Virus record (IMG/VR): IMGVR_UViG_3300022562_001204
Location: 206,551-257,149 of that record
Origin: a virus
Taxonomy: Duplodnaviria; Heunggongvirae; Uroviricota; Caudoviricetes
DNA: 50,599 nucleotides
Strand: one strand, 5' to 3'
Under the pieces are notes generated by a model. The model saw only the letters and a list, made by a program, of their open reading frames with translations. It was not told the DNA's origin and did not search any database. Shown here one piece after another: positions 16,919 to 27,557 of the stretch (positions are counted from its first letter, which is position 1; each line of letters begins with the position of its first letter). The position numbers were made by a program, and so were the translations under genes.

Positions 16919-19900
16919 ATGGTCTCTAAGAAGAAAGACGAGAAACTGGACAAGTTCGACTTCGACGATGACTTAGATTTTAATTTCGACGACGACTTTC
17001 CGACAGATCAACAAAACTCAAAGAAGAAGCGCTCCCCAGTTATTGATGTCTTCAAGGGGACGCTGACCGGTGTCAAGAACAGCCTGAAATCAGGGAGCTT
17101 TTGGCAGCAGGTTGCTCGTAAAGCACTTCCTGAGCATTACAGCGTATTGTCCGAAGCCGCCGGCGATATTCGTCGTACGACCCGGTCACTATACGATGAA
17201 TCGGTCAGGACGCTTAAGCCTGAACTGGTGGATATTGGCCGTAAGGTCGATCGCCTGGTTCCGGAAGAACAGAAACGCCTGAAGAAACTGACCAGTAAAC
17301 TGAGTAAGCCGGTTTCGGCTGCTCAAGCATCGAAGTCCGCATCGGACTACATGGACAGCGCGGTTGCTGCCATGCAGGACAACATTTTCAATCGTCAGAC
17401 GGAACGCGAAGACGGTCGTGAGGCACGAGACCGTGCCGAACAGCGTATCCGGGACAAGATTGACAAACAACGATTTGACACCAGCAATGCCATCTTTAAC
17501 GGCATGGCTGAGGATATGTCCCGCCTCTCGTCGTTTACGACGTCGGTAGGCCAGGACTACATGAAGAAGTCCTTGGAACTTCAGTACCGTTCGTACTACG
17601 TACAGACGGAACTCCTGAAGAACCAGATCAAGTACTTCGACCTGTATGTCAAACAGAATGAGGCGGTCATCAAGAACACGGGTCTCCCGGAGTTCGTGAA
17701 GATCACCAACAGCGAACGCTTCTCTGACATGACCCGCTCCAAGGTCATCCATAAGCTCCAGGGTACGATTGGTGCCGGGCTTGGGCGTGTCAAGAACCGG
17801 GTCATGGAGCATGTCCGTAATGCTCAGATGGGGCTGGGTAGCCTCAGCATGGGTCTGGACTCTGCTCAGATGGGCATGGAACTTCAACAGACTTTCCGCG
17901 ACATGGGCATGGAGACATCGACCGCCCAGACGCTGGCAAGCTTCGCTGCTGAGTTTGGCATGGACGCTCTGGTCCAGACTTACGGGGATAAACTCCGTCG
18001 GTATGCGGGTCGGGGCACCAAACTGGGCGGCTTAGCCGCTACCATCTCCAATGCCGTCATGAACCCGTCGGCCCTGGTCAATCGGATCAGAGGGGGTCAG
18101 CGGTATAAAAACTGGCAGAACAAGGACAGCTGGCTGGCTCGTCTGACCGATACCTTCCTGGGAGACTTCCAGGCACCCAACCTGAGTATGGGTGTCAGCA
18201 AAGGTCGTGTCGCAGGTGAGATCACCCCCTCTATCTTTGATCGGAGAGCTCATAAGTCTTTGACGGAGGTCATCCCGGGCTATCTGGCCCGTATCCTCCA
18301 GGAGACCACTGCAATCCGTACGGGCTCCAAGGACGTCGGTCCTTTGATGATGTACGACTGGCAGAAGGAGAAGTTTGCTTCTGCCAAGACCCTGGGTACC
18401 AAGCTGACCCGGTCGGTCATGTCGTACGGATCCGTCGGTTTCCACGACTGGGCTGTAGACCGGTCTCTGGACAAACTGGTGGAGAACTCCACAGACCCGG
18501 ATGAACGCATCCGTCTGAAGGGGTTTCTGACACAACTGGCCAAGCATCAGCGGATGGACTACACCGAGGAGAGTATCACCAACTCGGAGGAATTCAAGAA
18601 GCTGAGCCGTGCTGACCAGAAGAAAATCGCCGAAGGACTGAAGAAGTTTGCGGGCTCTCCAGATGGTCGGGCAGACCTGACCCGCCTTATGACGGAGAAC
18701 AAGAACTCTCTGACCTCCTCAGTCAATAGTGCCCGTGAGGCTCTGGAGCGCATGGTCCGTGATGGATACGGTCCCCTCTTGGAAGAGAAGGGTATCCTCA
18801 TCCAGGATGAAGACGGCGCTTACAAGCTGAATGAACAGAAGTTCATGGCGATGCTAACAAGCGGGGGTCTCAGCAAGATCCGCGAACGGAAGCCGCTGCG
18901 TGACCGAGGGATCTTTGAGGTCCAGGGCCATGTAGGGGACATCACCCGTCTGGGACCGATACCCGGTCCCATGCCGGGTCCTGCTCCAGCTGGGGGTCCG
19001 ATGCCTCCTCCGCCCCCAGGCGCTCCACCTGTCGACGATGCCGAACGTCAGCGTCGGCGTCAGGAACTCATAGATGCCCTAAACAACCGTCGGCGTGGTC
19101 CGGCCCCATCATCAGAACCTAGCAACAAGATCCTTGACCCGCTTAACAGCATCGATGCCAATATAAAGGAGATCCTGGAGCGTCTCAAGAAGATCGAGAC
19201 TGAAGGGCTCCGTGGCGCAGGTCCGGGTGGTCCGGGTGGTTCCAGAAACTGGTGGCCGTGGGGTGGTTCAGGTGGCCCGGGCCCTGGCGACATGGGTCCT
19301 CCTGTACCTGATGCCGGCCCTGGCCAGAGTCGTGTCGATCGAGGTCTGGAAGCAGCCCGTAACCTCTTTGGTCGTGCTGGCGGGTTCCTTTACGAACGAG
19401 GCCGGAACCTGGGTCGACTAGGTCGCCGGTTGGGTCGTCGCAGTGGTCTGGCAGCCAGACGTCTGGGTCGTACGGGTGCTCGACTGGGTCAAAGTGGTCT
19501 GGACTACATCGATGACCATTATGAACAGTGGGGTGACTCCCTGGCTGATGTGGGTCGTGGCGGATTGAGAGTGGGTGGCCGTCTTCTGGGTGCAGGGGCT
19601 GCTTTGGGTGGTGAACTCTTCCGAGGTGGTCGTAACCTCCTGGGTCGCGGCATCCCTGCTCTCTTCGACATGACCCGTGCGGTAAGACACGGTCTCCGTA
19701 CGGGGGCTCAGAACCTCGTCGCACAGGCCCAGGATCTCTACCTCCCCGGGATGCAGTCCCCTATCATCACTGCCAACCTCCTCCGTAACGGCTACTACCG
19801 GGACGGTCATGGTAAGCCACTCTTCACGATGGATGACCTGAAGAAGGTCAGCGGTTCTATCTACGACGCCACAGGCAACGTCGTCGTCACCACTGAACAG

Positions 19901-22900
19901 ATGATGCATGGTCTGTTCGACCGGGACGGCCGCAACCTGATGGAGTCCATGACGAACATCAGTGACCTCGGTAAGCGACTCCTTTCCAGCGGTGTTACCA
20001 GAATGACCCAGTTCTTCGGGGCAGCTGGCGGCATGATTGCAAATGCGGGCAGCAAGCTCTTCGGTAAGGACGGCGTAGCCCGTAAGACTTGGGAAGCCCT
20101 GAAGGATGGGTTCCCCACCCTAGGAAGCAAGAGACTCTACGACGCTGTTGTGGAGATCCGCGATATCCTCAAGAAGCGGTTCCCTGATGAGGGGTCCGCA
20201 ACGGGCGGGATGTCGGCAGCCTTGGGCGGACTCATGGGCGGCGGTGATGAAGGAGGGGGTGGACCAGAAGGTCCTTCTGTCTCTGGCAGTCACGAAACCG
20301 GATCACCGAGTGGTGGTTTCTCTCTCATGGGTCGTATGGGTAACATGGCCGCAGGTCTGAGAGACACCCGTTTGGGTCGTCGCACCAGCATTCTGGCTCG
20401 TCGAGGGATGCGTCGTCTAGGCTTTGGTCGTCGTACGCCGACCCCAGGCCCAGGAGACGTCGGTCCTCCTCGTCCAGGCCCTGGTCCAGGTCCTACCCCT
20501 TCAGGGGGTCGTCTCACCCGACTCTTGGGTGCAGGACGCCGTCTGGGTGGTGGTATCAGAGGCATGCTCATGGGAGGACTCTCCGCAGCAGGTGGACTCC
20601 TGAGTCGTGGGGGCGATCAACAACAGCAACAGCAGCAAGGCCATGCCGACCAAGGTGCAATGGGTCCTGGCGACGCGGGTCCTCCGAGACCTGTCGGTAG
20701 TCAGGAAGCCGGAGCAGGTCGTCGTCGACGCAGCATCCTGAATGCTGGCGACCGCGCTGCCTGGAATGACCGAGATGCCAGTGGTCGTCGTGATGGGGCT
20801 TGGCAGGACCGTCTTGATGACATGGCCGAACGAGACCGTCAACGTCGTGTCAGTACGGCAGGTCCGGGTGCGGATCCTCGGTACATGAACGGCGGTGGGA
20901 TCTTCGGTGCTGCCGGCGGGGTCTTCAAGCTACTGACCTCAGGTATCGGCAAGGTCTTCAGTCTGGCGACCACGATGTTCAGTGGTCTGAGCAAGCTGGG
21001 TTCTAAACTACCAAGTCTGTTCGGAACCGCTGGACGTCTACTGACCAGTGCTCCGGGTATCGTCGGTAAGATCTCCCGAGGTGTCGGGGCTGTGGGTGGT
21101 ACGATCGGTCGGATCCTGAGACCTATCGGCGCACCGCTGGCTAGACTGACCACCTCTGGCGCCGGCGGGTTCTTAACCCGTATGTTGGGACGATCCGCCA
21201 TCATGGCGGGTGCGGGGGCTCTGGCTACCGATGGTACGATTGGTACCGTTCTGGCACTAGGTTCCCTGGGCCTAGGTGCGGTGACTGCCGCGCTGACTTC
21301 CCCAGTCGTCTTGGGTGGGTTGGCTGTTGCTGGGACTGCCTACCTGGGTTATAAACTCTTCAAGTATACCCAACGGGATAAACTGAACGAGTTTGAGAAG
21401 ATTCGTATGCGTAAGTACGGCTTCCCGGCCCAAGACAAACAAGACATCAATCACCGCATCCTCTCCCTGGAGGGTTACCTCCTGGATGGCAAGATCGGCT
21501 ACGACCGTAATGGCAAGGCTTACCTGATCGAGAACAAGTTCGATTTCGCTGAAGTCTGCAAGATCATGGGCGTCAGCGATAAGGATGCCAAGGACTACAT
21601 GCCTCTGGCGGGCTGGTTCCACGATCGCTTCCTCGAGTTCTTCTTGACCGATGTCACGACGCTCTTCAGTATCAATCGTAAGCTGGATCTGACAGAACTC
21701 GATAAGCTCGAACCTGCTCAGAAGGTCGACTACCTCCAGCGGTCGAAGTTCCCAGAGGGTCCGTACAACGTACTGGAAGGTCCCACCCCGGCCTACCGCG
21801 TCCTTGAGAACACCGCTGAGGCGGTGAGCTCCATGACGTCGGTACTGATCAGTCAGATCCAGAAGAACATCAAGACCAAGAGCTCCAGTGTCGCTCAGTT
21901 GAAGGATGACGCCACCAAGGCTAAGACCGAAGTGAGTGCGGATGCTTCGTATAAGGCCATGATCTCTCAGCGCGCTAAAGACAATGCCGCTAAGACCATG
22001 GCTGCTCAGCAAGCCGCCATCAAAGCGTTCGAAACCTCCCAGAAGGACAGGTCAATGTCCTCCAACAAGGGGTTTACGCCGGGCGTCACTGGGGATAGCG
22101 AGTCTCGACCAGGTGGTGGTGCGGGGAGTCCCCTCACCAACAGCAAGTCGAGCGTCGGTAACCTGGTACTGGCCACCGGCAAGATCCTGGATGGTAATGG
22201 GGCTGAGCAGTATTTGAAGCTGGCCGACCGGGGCGTCACCCTCAAGGGTGCTAACCCCAGCATGGTCAAGAACTTCCTGGGTATGGTGCAGGAGTATGGT
22301 ACCTTGACGGGTAAATCCGTCACGGTCAACTCCGGGTTCCGTAGCCGGGATGCTCAAGCCGCCCTCTATGCCAAGGACCCTCGAAAGAATGCGGCTCCTG
22401 GGCATAGTCTCCACGAGTACGGTCTGGCCATCGATATCCAGTCGGCTGATGCCGACGCCATGGATAAGCTGGGTCTCATGCGCAAGTACGGGTTTACACG
22501 CCCCGTAGGCAGAGAACCCTGGCACATCGAGCCTGCGGGCATCGGCCTCATCACGGGTAAAGCCAAGAGCGACGCTAACATAGCCACCATGGCTATCGAG
22601 GCATCTCTCTATAAGGGCGGTGGTGGCTATGGCACTCTGCCAGATGCCCTTCCGGGTAAACGCGATCAGGAACTGGCAATGAAGATCCTGAAAGCGGGTT
22701 CGACGAGAATGGATCCTGCGTCGAAGGACAAGGGTACCGACATCGTATCGAAACTGACCCAGAACACCACCCTGGCACCTCAAGCGTCCAACGATGGGTC
22801 CTACCAGCAGGGGGTTACCTCACTGGCTGAAGCCCTCGGGAAGACCGACCCCGTCGCAACCATCGTTCCTCCGACAACCCAGGCGTCCAGCGCTACCACG

Positions 22901-24034
22901 AACAGCAAGTATCTCCCACCCATACCCAGTGGGGATGTGGAATCGACACCGTCAACCGGCGGTAGTGGCGTCCATGCAGGTCGTGGGGCCGGAAGAACGG
23001 TTGCTGAGGGCTTCACAGGCGGAACCCACGCAGGTCGTGGGTCTACCAATCGCGAGCAAGTCAAGAACGAGATCGCGACGTATGCCACTCAGGCAGGGAT
23101 GGATCCGAAGACCATGCAGGTCATCGCAGCAACGGAATCCAGCCTCAACCCGAACGCTAAAGCCGGTACATCATCTGCCTCTGGGTTGTTCCAGTTCATC
23201 CGAGGAACCTGGAATGAGATGCTCCAGAAGTTTGGAGGTCAGTATGGCCTAAGTAAGGATGCCTCACCCACTGACGTCAAGGCATCGACGTTGTTGGCCA
23301 GTGAGTACCTGAAAGGAAACGGCGCGGCGCTCCAGTCTGTAGTGGCTAAGCCCAGCATCGTGGATCTGTACCTCTCTCACTTCCTTGGGGTGAATGGTGC
23401 TAAGATGTTCCTGGCAGCTCCTCCGTTGGCAGCCGCTGCCTCGATTCTCCCAGCCGCAGCCCGAGCTAACCGAGCCATCTTCTACGATAATGGAAGACCT
23501 CGCACCATCTCGGAAGTCTACCAGTACCTCTCCGACAAGCTGAGTCGGGTAGCAAAGAACTTCGGTATCGGAGGTACCTCCATCCCGAAGACACCGACCC
23601 ATACTCGGGGTCAGGGTGGTGCTCAGGGTCGTGCTGACCTGAGTGTCCCTGAGCGGACAGGTCCCTCGGGACAGACCGCACGCCTGACCGGTACCACTAC
23701 CACTACTACTTCTCCTGATCAACCCGCTTCGGTTCAGCGAGGTCGAGGCGCCGTAGCCCCATCTGTTCTGGGATTCACGACCTCCTCGGCCAGTAAGCCG
23801 GTGGACCGCGGGGAGAACATCATGAAGGAGCTGGCCGCTACAGGCGGCGAGGCTCTCCAGGTCCAGAAGAAATCTCTGGATACAATGATCGAAATCAGGG
23901 ATCTCATGAAAGAGTTTGTCAAGGGGAACGTCGGTAGAAATACCAGCCCAGCAGCAAACTCACCCGTCGCTCCTCCCAAGGGGAGGGGGCAGCGAGTCGA
24001 GGATATCAAGCCTCTTCTCGATCTCAGTCGGTAA
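16919..24034 (+). CDS. Giant tail-associated lysin / tape-measure-like protein (phiKZ gp181-like), 2371 aa, with M15 peptidase and SLT transglycosylase domains
   Basis: Divergent from vRNAP beta'. M15 motifs NSGFRS, SLHEYGLAIDI and EPWHIE (~22319-22531). SLT motifs IAATESSLNP, ASGLFQF and YLSHFLG (~23070-23560). Confidence 0.85.
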   Translation: MVSKKKDEKLDKFDFDDDLDFNFDDDFPTDQQNSKKKRSPVIDVFKGTLTGVKNSLKSGSFWQQVARKALPEHYSVLSEAAGDIRRTTRSLYDESVRTLKPELVDIGRKVDRLVPEEQKRLKKLTSKLSKPVSAAQASKSASDYMDSAVAAMQDNIFNRQTEREDGREARDRAEQRIRDKIDKQRFDTSNAIFNGMAEDMSRLSSFTTSVGQDYMKKSLELQYRSYYVQTELLKNQIKYFDLYVKQNEAVIKNTGLPEFVKITNSERFSDMTRSKVIHKLQGTIGAGLGRVKNRVMEHVRNAQMGLGSLSMGLDSAQMGMELQQTFRDMGMETSTAQTLASFAAEFGMDALVQTYGDKLRRYAGRGTKLGGLAATISNAVMNPSALVNRIRGGQRYKNWQNKDSWLARLTDTFLGDFQAPNLSMGVSKGRVAGEITPSIFDRRAHKSLTEVIPGYLARILQETTAIRTGSKDVGPLMMYDWQKEKFASAKTLGTKLTRSVMSYGSVGFHDWAVDRSLDKLVENSTDPDERIRLKGFLTQLAKHQRMDYTEESITNSEEFKKLSRADQKKIAEGLKKFAGSPDGRADLTRLMTENKNSLTSSVNSAREALERMVRDGYGPLLEEKGILIQDEDGAYKLNEQKFMAMLTSGGLSKIRERKPLRDRGIFEVQGHVGDITRLGPIPGPMPGPAPAGGPMPPPPPGAPPVDDAERQRRRQELIDALNNRRRGPAPSSEPSNKILDPLNSIDANIKEILERLKKIETEGLRGAGPGGPGGSRNWWPWGGSGGPGPGDMGPPVPDAGPGQSRVDRGLEAARNLFGRAGGFLYERGRNLGRLGRRLGRRSGLAARRLGRTGARLGQSGLDYIDDHYEQWGDSLADVGRGGLRVGGRLLGAGAALGGELFRGGRNLLGRGIPALFDMTRAVRHGLRTGAQNLVAQAQDLYLPGMQSPIITANLLRNGYYRDGHGKPLFTMDDLKKVSGSIYDATGNVVVTTEQMMHGLFDRDGRNLMESMTNISDLGKRLLSSGVTRMTQFFGAAGGMIANAGSKLFGKDGVARKTWEALKDGFPTLGSKRLYDAVVEIRDILKKRFPDEGSATGGMSAALGGLMGGGDEGGGGPEGPSVSGSHETGSPSGGFSLMGRMGNMAAGLRDTRLGRRTSILARRGMRRLGFGRRTPTPGPGDVGPPRPGPGPGPTPSGGRLTRLLGAGRRLGGGIRGMLMGGLSAAGGLLSRGGDQQQQQQQGHADQGAMGPGDAGPPRPVGSQEAGAGRRRRSILNAGDRAAWNDRDASGRRDGAWQDRLDDMAERDRQRRVSTAGPGADPRYMNGGGIFGAAGGVFKLLTSGIGKVFSLATTMFSGLSKLGSKLPSLFGTAGRLLTSAPGIVGKISRGVGAVGGTIGRILRPIGAPLARLTTSGAGGFLTRMLGRSAIMAGAGALATDGTIGTVLALGSLGLGAVTAALTSPVVLGGLAVAGTAYLGYKLFKYTQRDKLNEFEKIRMRKYGFPAQDKQDINHRILSLEGYLLDGKIGYDRNGKAYLIENKFDFAEVCKIMGVSDKDAKDYMPLAGWFHDRFLEFFLTDVTTLFSINRKLDLTELDKLEPAQKVDYLQRSKFPEGPYNVLEGPTPAYRVLENTAEAVSSMTSVLISQIQKNIKTKSSSVAQLKDDATKAKTEVSADASYKAMISQRAKDNAAKTMAAQQAAIKAFETSQKDRSMSSNKGFTPGVTGDSESRPGGGAGSPLTNSKSSVGNLVLATGKILDGNGAEQYLKLADRGVTLKGANPSMVKNFLGMVQEYGTLTGKSVTVNSGFRSRDAQAALYAKDPRKNAAPGHSLHEYGLAIDIQSADADAMDKLGLMRKYGFTRPVGREPWHIEPAGIGLITGKAKSDANIATMAIEASLYKGGGGYGTLPDALPGKRDQELAMKILKAGSTRMDPASKDKGTDIVSKLTQNTTLAPQASNDGSYQQGVTSLAEALGKTDPVATIVPPTTQASSATTNSKYLPPIPSGDVESTPSTGGSGVHAGRGAGRTVAEGFTGGTHAGRGSTNREQVKNEIATYATQAGMDPKTMQVIAATESSLNPNAKAGTSSASGLFQFIRGTWNEMLQKFGGQYGLSKDASPTDVKASTLLASEYLKGNGAALQSVVAKPSIVDLYLSHFLGVNGAKMFLAAPPLAAAASILPAAARANRAIFYDNGRPRTISEVYQYLSDKLSRVAKNFGIGGTSIPKTPTHTRGQGGAQGRADLSVPERTGPSGQTARLTGTTTTTTSPDQPASVQRGRGAVAPSVLGFTTSSASKPVDRGENIMKELAATGGEALQVQKKSLDTMIEIRDLMKEFVKGNVGRNTSPAANSPVAPPKGRGQRVEDIKPLLDLSR

Positions 24035-24042
24035 GTGATGAC

Positions 24043-24073
24043 ATAGAGCCTAGGGAATATCCCTAGGCTCTAT
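24043..24073 (+). terminator. Hairpin after the lysin gene (GACATA-hairpin class)
   Basis: 14-bp stem atagagcctaggga/tccctaggctctat. Confidence 0.6.
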
Positions 24074-24091
24074 TTACCAAGAAGATAGGAT

Positions 24092-26245
24092 ATGGCCACG
24101 ACGTCTACCAGCAGTACCGATCCTCGGGTCATTGAAACGACCTTCGGAGATACTACCTACAGCATAGCGCCTTCCCAGAGCCAGCTGACCAGCGATACCC
24201 CATCGGCCATTCTAGATAACGACTGGCTGAAGAATGCATTCCTTATTGGTGATACAGGCTACACCAATACCTGGGACCAAGATAACCAATATTACTCCAG
24301 TGCGTACACCAAGTTCACGGATACTCGGCTGGGCTGCAATATCGGTATCAACCCGAAGCCTAGCTTCACCATGTATGCGGATGTCCCAGTAAAGGGACGC
24401 CTGGCAAATCGAAGTGACGTCAGTCCTGGTGATTCCACGGGTAACTACGGCATGGGGCGGCAGTACAGTGAGATGATCGACGATCATGCTCAACGCATCT
24501 ACATGTCCTTCGGTGTCCCCCAGTTCAACTCTCTTCTTGGGTTTCTCCAAAACGCCTATGATGCGGACCAGATGACCCTGGCCCGTACCGGACGTGCCAA
24601 CGGGGTCTTCTACTCGCTGGGCAAGGTCGTGGGGGCAGGCGCTCTCTTGGTGACCTTCCCTCAGGTTGCTGTGCTGGTCCTGGCGGGTAAAGCCCTGAAA
24701 GCCCTCTTTGGGCGGTCTAGCGGGAAGTTCTACACCCTGAAACCCACCATGCATCTTTACTGGAGTACAGTAAACACGCTGGTGAATACCATGGCGATCA
24801 ACCGAGGTATCTTTCCAAAGATCCTGAATACAGATTCAGGGCAGGCGGAAGGACGCCCCTGGAAGCTGGATCCCGACTACCTCTCCGGTCTCTCCTCCCT
24901 AATGCCGGATATCTTTAACGGCAGCTTCTATTTCGACATGTACAAGATGGCCAATCGGGCTCAGCGTCTGGCAAACGCCTTGTTCAAAGAGGAAAACGAG
25001 AGTCTGGACCAGGGTACAGCCACAGATTACTACGGCTGGGTCCAGAAGACCATGACGAACACTGGGGGACATCCGACTGAGGTCGGAGGCGTCACGGTCA
25101 GTAACGCCGATGGGGAACAGACTCTCGCTGCCTTCCTTAATGAAATCTCTAGCTTCAGCTTCTGGTTGATGGACAATGACTCGGACGAAGGGACCATGGA
25201 AAAGGATCCTCGCGCCCCAGCTACCGGCTCAGATGCCAGTACCTCCACGACCACAACGACCGATAACTTCATTGACTATCTGGACGCACAGTTCCGTGAC
25301 GGGTCCCTTTTTGCGACATTCATCGTGGACCATACGGGCCCTGTACAGGAGTCGTTCTCCAACTCAGCTGTAGAGTCGGAGCTCCAGAACAAGCTGAACA
25401 GCACAGTCAGTGACTTTCAGACAGCTCGGTTCTCCATTGCCGATGGCAAGATCCTGAGTGGTCTAGCCGGGGATGTCTTTGGTGCGATCGCTGGAGCAGC
25501 GACCGATCTAGGTAAGGGTTTGGCGGATGGATTCACAGGGAACCTCACCGCGGCTTTGAGAGGTCTGGCGGGTAGCGGGTACATCGACATCCCGAAACAT
25601 TGGCAGTCTTCTGCCGTCAGCCTACCCCGTACCACGTACACGATGACCCTGATCAGCCCCTATGGCAACCCCATGTCGCAGATCATGAATATCGACATCC
25701 CCATGGCGATGCTGATGGCGGGTGCCCTACCGAGGTCTACGGGTAAGGCATCCTACACCAGTCCGTTTCTCTGTCAAATCTACGACCGTGGTCGATGCCA
25801 GAGCCGACTGGCTATGATCGAGTCACTGAGCTTCACCCGCGGTACGGCGCATCGGTCCTTCAACCTCTATGGCAATGCCATGGCGGTGGACGTGTCCTTC
25901 AATGTCGTGGATCTCTCCACGATCATGCACATGCCGGTCTCCACGGGGTCGATCTTCAGTGTCGACATGACGCTGGATGAGGACAACATTCTGGCAGACT
26001 ACCTGGCGGTACTGGGAGGGCAGAGTCTGTATACACAGATCTACGCGCTTCCGCAAGCCAAACTGAAGCTGGCCAAGACCATGATGGGTCTTGGAAAGTT
26101 CCATTCCTCGGCATACTGGGCTTCGGTCTTTCACCAGTCCACCACCACGGGTATGTTGAAGTATCTGACCCTGGGTAGCTTCAAGGTCATTGAAGCGGCA
26201 GCCTCACCCACAGCTTCCTCGGATCCTCTGGGCATTGGTAACTGA
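24092..26245 (+). CDS. Virion tail/baseplate protein (phiKZ gp182-like), 717 aa
   Basis: Synteny after gp181. Contains GMGRQYSE, FGVPQFNSL and SYTSPFLCQ segments. Confidence 0.7.
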   Translation: MATTSTSSTDPRVIETTFGDTTYSIAPSQSQLTSDTPSAILDNDWLKNAFLIGDTGYTNTWDQDNQYYSSAYTKFTDTRLGCNIGINPKPSFTMYADVPVKGRLANRSDVSPGDSTGNYGMGRQYSEMIDDHAQRIYMSFGVPQFNSLLGFLQNAYDADQMTLARTGRANGVFYSLGKVVGAGALLVTFPQVAVLVLAGKALKALFGRSSGKFYTLKPTMHLYWSTVNTLVNTMAINRGIFPKILNTDSGQAEGRPWKLDPDYLSGLSSLMPDIFNGSFYFDMYKMANRAQRLANALFKEENESLDQGTATDYYGWVQKTMTNTGGHPTEVGGVTVSNADGEQTLAAFLNEISSFSFWLMDNDSDEGTMEKDPRAPATGSDASTSTTTTTDNFIDYLDAQFRDGSLFATFIVDHTGPVQESFSNSAVESELQNKLNSTVSDFQTARFSIADGKILSGLAGDVFGAIAGAATDLGKGLADGFTGNLTAALRGLAGSGYIDIPKHWQSSAVSLPRTTYTMTLISPYGNPMSQIMNIDIPMAMLMAGALPRSTGKASYTSPFLCQIYDRGRCQSRLAMIESLSFTRGTAHRSFNLYGNAMAVDVSFNVVDLSTIMHMPVSTGSIFSVDMTLDEDNILADYLAVLGGQSLYTQIYALPQAKLKLAKTMMGLGKFHSSAYWASVFHQSTTTGMLKYLTLGSFKVIEAAASPTASSDPLGIGN

Positions 26246-26292
26246 CAGCATACCCCCTACAGCCCTAGTTGGGCTGTAGGGGGCTATGTTCA
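26244..26292. repeat. 49-bp hairpin element (bidirectional terminator), copy 1
   Basis: 48/49 identical to the reverse complement of 49497-49545. Confidence 0.85.
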
Positions 26293-27477
26293 CGCAGCGC
26301 TGTAACTGTCCAACAAAGACAGCCCCGTCGCATTACCGACCGAGTAAGCCGATGAGACGATGTCGAAGTCGGTAGTAAACGTGGTATCCAGACTGTCTTC
26401 GTCAAATATGTTGTTCAAACGGACTGTACTGAGGACATCAGAGAGGTCGCTGTTCGTGGTGGTGCCCAGCTGAGCCACGGACAGGAGTCCATCCGTAGTA
26501 TCGTCGGTCATCCAGTCGCTGTCATAGGTGCTCAATGCGGTCGTGTAATTACCACCCAGAGTCACCAGGTCCAAGTCACGAAGTCCTGAGGGGATTGTGA
26601 AGTTGGTTGAAGCTTCGGACAACAGGGTGGGGGCATCCGTTACTGGGGAGCCGATGAAGGCTGTGAAGTCGCTGGCAGCCAGGGTACTGCCCGTGATAAC
26701 ACCAGCTCCATCAATAAAGGCATTGGTGTTACCTTCGGTAGCCTGATCCAGAAGCACAATGGCAGCGACACGCTGACCGATAGTCTTCAGGGTGTCTGCA
26801 TCCATGGACCTTAGGAGACGATTCAGCACCATACAGGCGTTGGCGCTATAGCCCAGGTTACCCAGCGTCACAAACTTCCTCAGCAGTTTATTGAAGTCAG
26901 AAGCAACCGCTTCTGACTCCACACCTGTCGCCTGCTGCAGGATGTCGCTGATCGCGCCAGGGTCACAGGACCCTGTCGTGGAGTTCGAACGACCGCTACA
27001 ACCGGATGTCTTCTTGAAGGGGTTACCGATGGTCGCATTCGACAGACTGCTATTACGACAGTCAGCTGCCAGCTTCTTGAAGAGGTTCTGGACCTTCACG
27101 TCATCGCTAAAGATACTGGCGATGTACCGTTCCACGTCCTTATCGGAGAGTTGTGACAGGTCGATGGTTGACTTGTAGACACCCTGGACCTCTCGGAGGA
27201 GATCAGTTGTCGAGACAGACGTCACATCCTTCGAAAGACTGTCCAGTCCTAGGGACGACCTGAGACTGCTTGAACCTGTAGAGACAGACTTCAGGAGACT
27301 ACTGGCATCCAGAGACCCTGAAGCGCTGGAGACCAGACTGGACAGAGCTGCCGTAACCGAGGCAACCGAGTTATAGCCCGTATTGAGGATGTCCGTCGGG
27401 GTAGACGAACTGATGGAGCTGGTTGCGACGTCATACTCTTGATCGAGCGCATCGTAACGTTTCTGAACGACAGCCAT
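26290..27477 (-). CDS. Ser/Thr/Asp-rich probable virion protein, 395 aa
   Basis: ORF with a GAGG RBS, convergent on the gp182-like gene. Composition typical of virion proteins. Confidence 0.6.
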   Translation of the reverse strand: MAVVQKRYDALDQEYDVATSSISSSTPTDILNTGYNSVASVTAALSSLVSSASGSLDASSLLKSVSTGSSSLRSSLGLDSLSKDVTSVSTTDLLREVQGVYKSTIDLSQLSDKDVERYIASIFSDDVKVQNLFKKLAADCRNSSLSNATIGNPFKKTSGCSGRSNSTTGSCDPGAISDILQQATGVESEAVASDFNKLLRKFVTLGNLGYSANACMVLNRLLRSMDADTLKTIGQRVAAIVLLDQATEGNTNAFIDGAGVITGSTLAASDFTAFIGSPVTDAPTLLSEASTNFTIPSGLRDLDLVTLGGNYTTALSTYDSDWMTDDTTDGLLSVAQLGTTTNSDLSDVLSTVRLNNIFDEDSLDTTFTTDFDIVSSAYSVGNATGLSLLDSYSAA

Positions 27478-27529
27478 GAGCGACCTCGTAACAAAAGGGA
27501 TCTAAAGAATGAACAACAAAAAAAAGATA

Positions 27530-27551
27530 TCCCACCCCCGAAGGGGTGGGA
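27530..27551 (-). terminator. Intrinsic terminator
   Basis: 9-bp stem with a c(UUCG)g loop on the minus strand, followed by a T run. Confidence 0.85.
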
Positions 27552-27557
27552 CTGACC

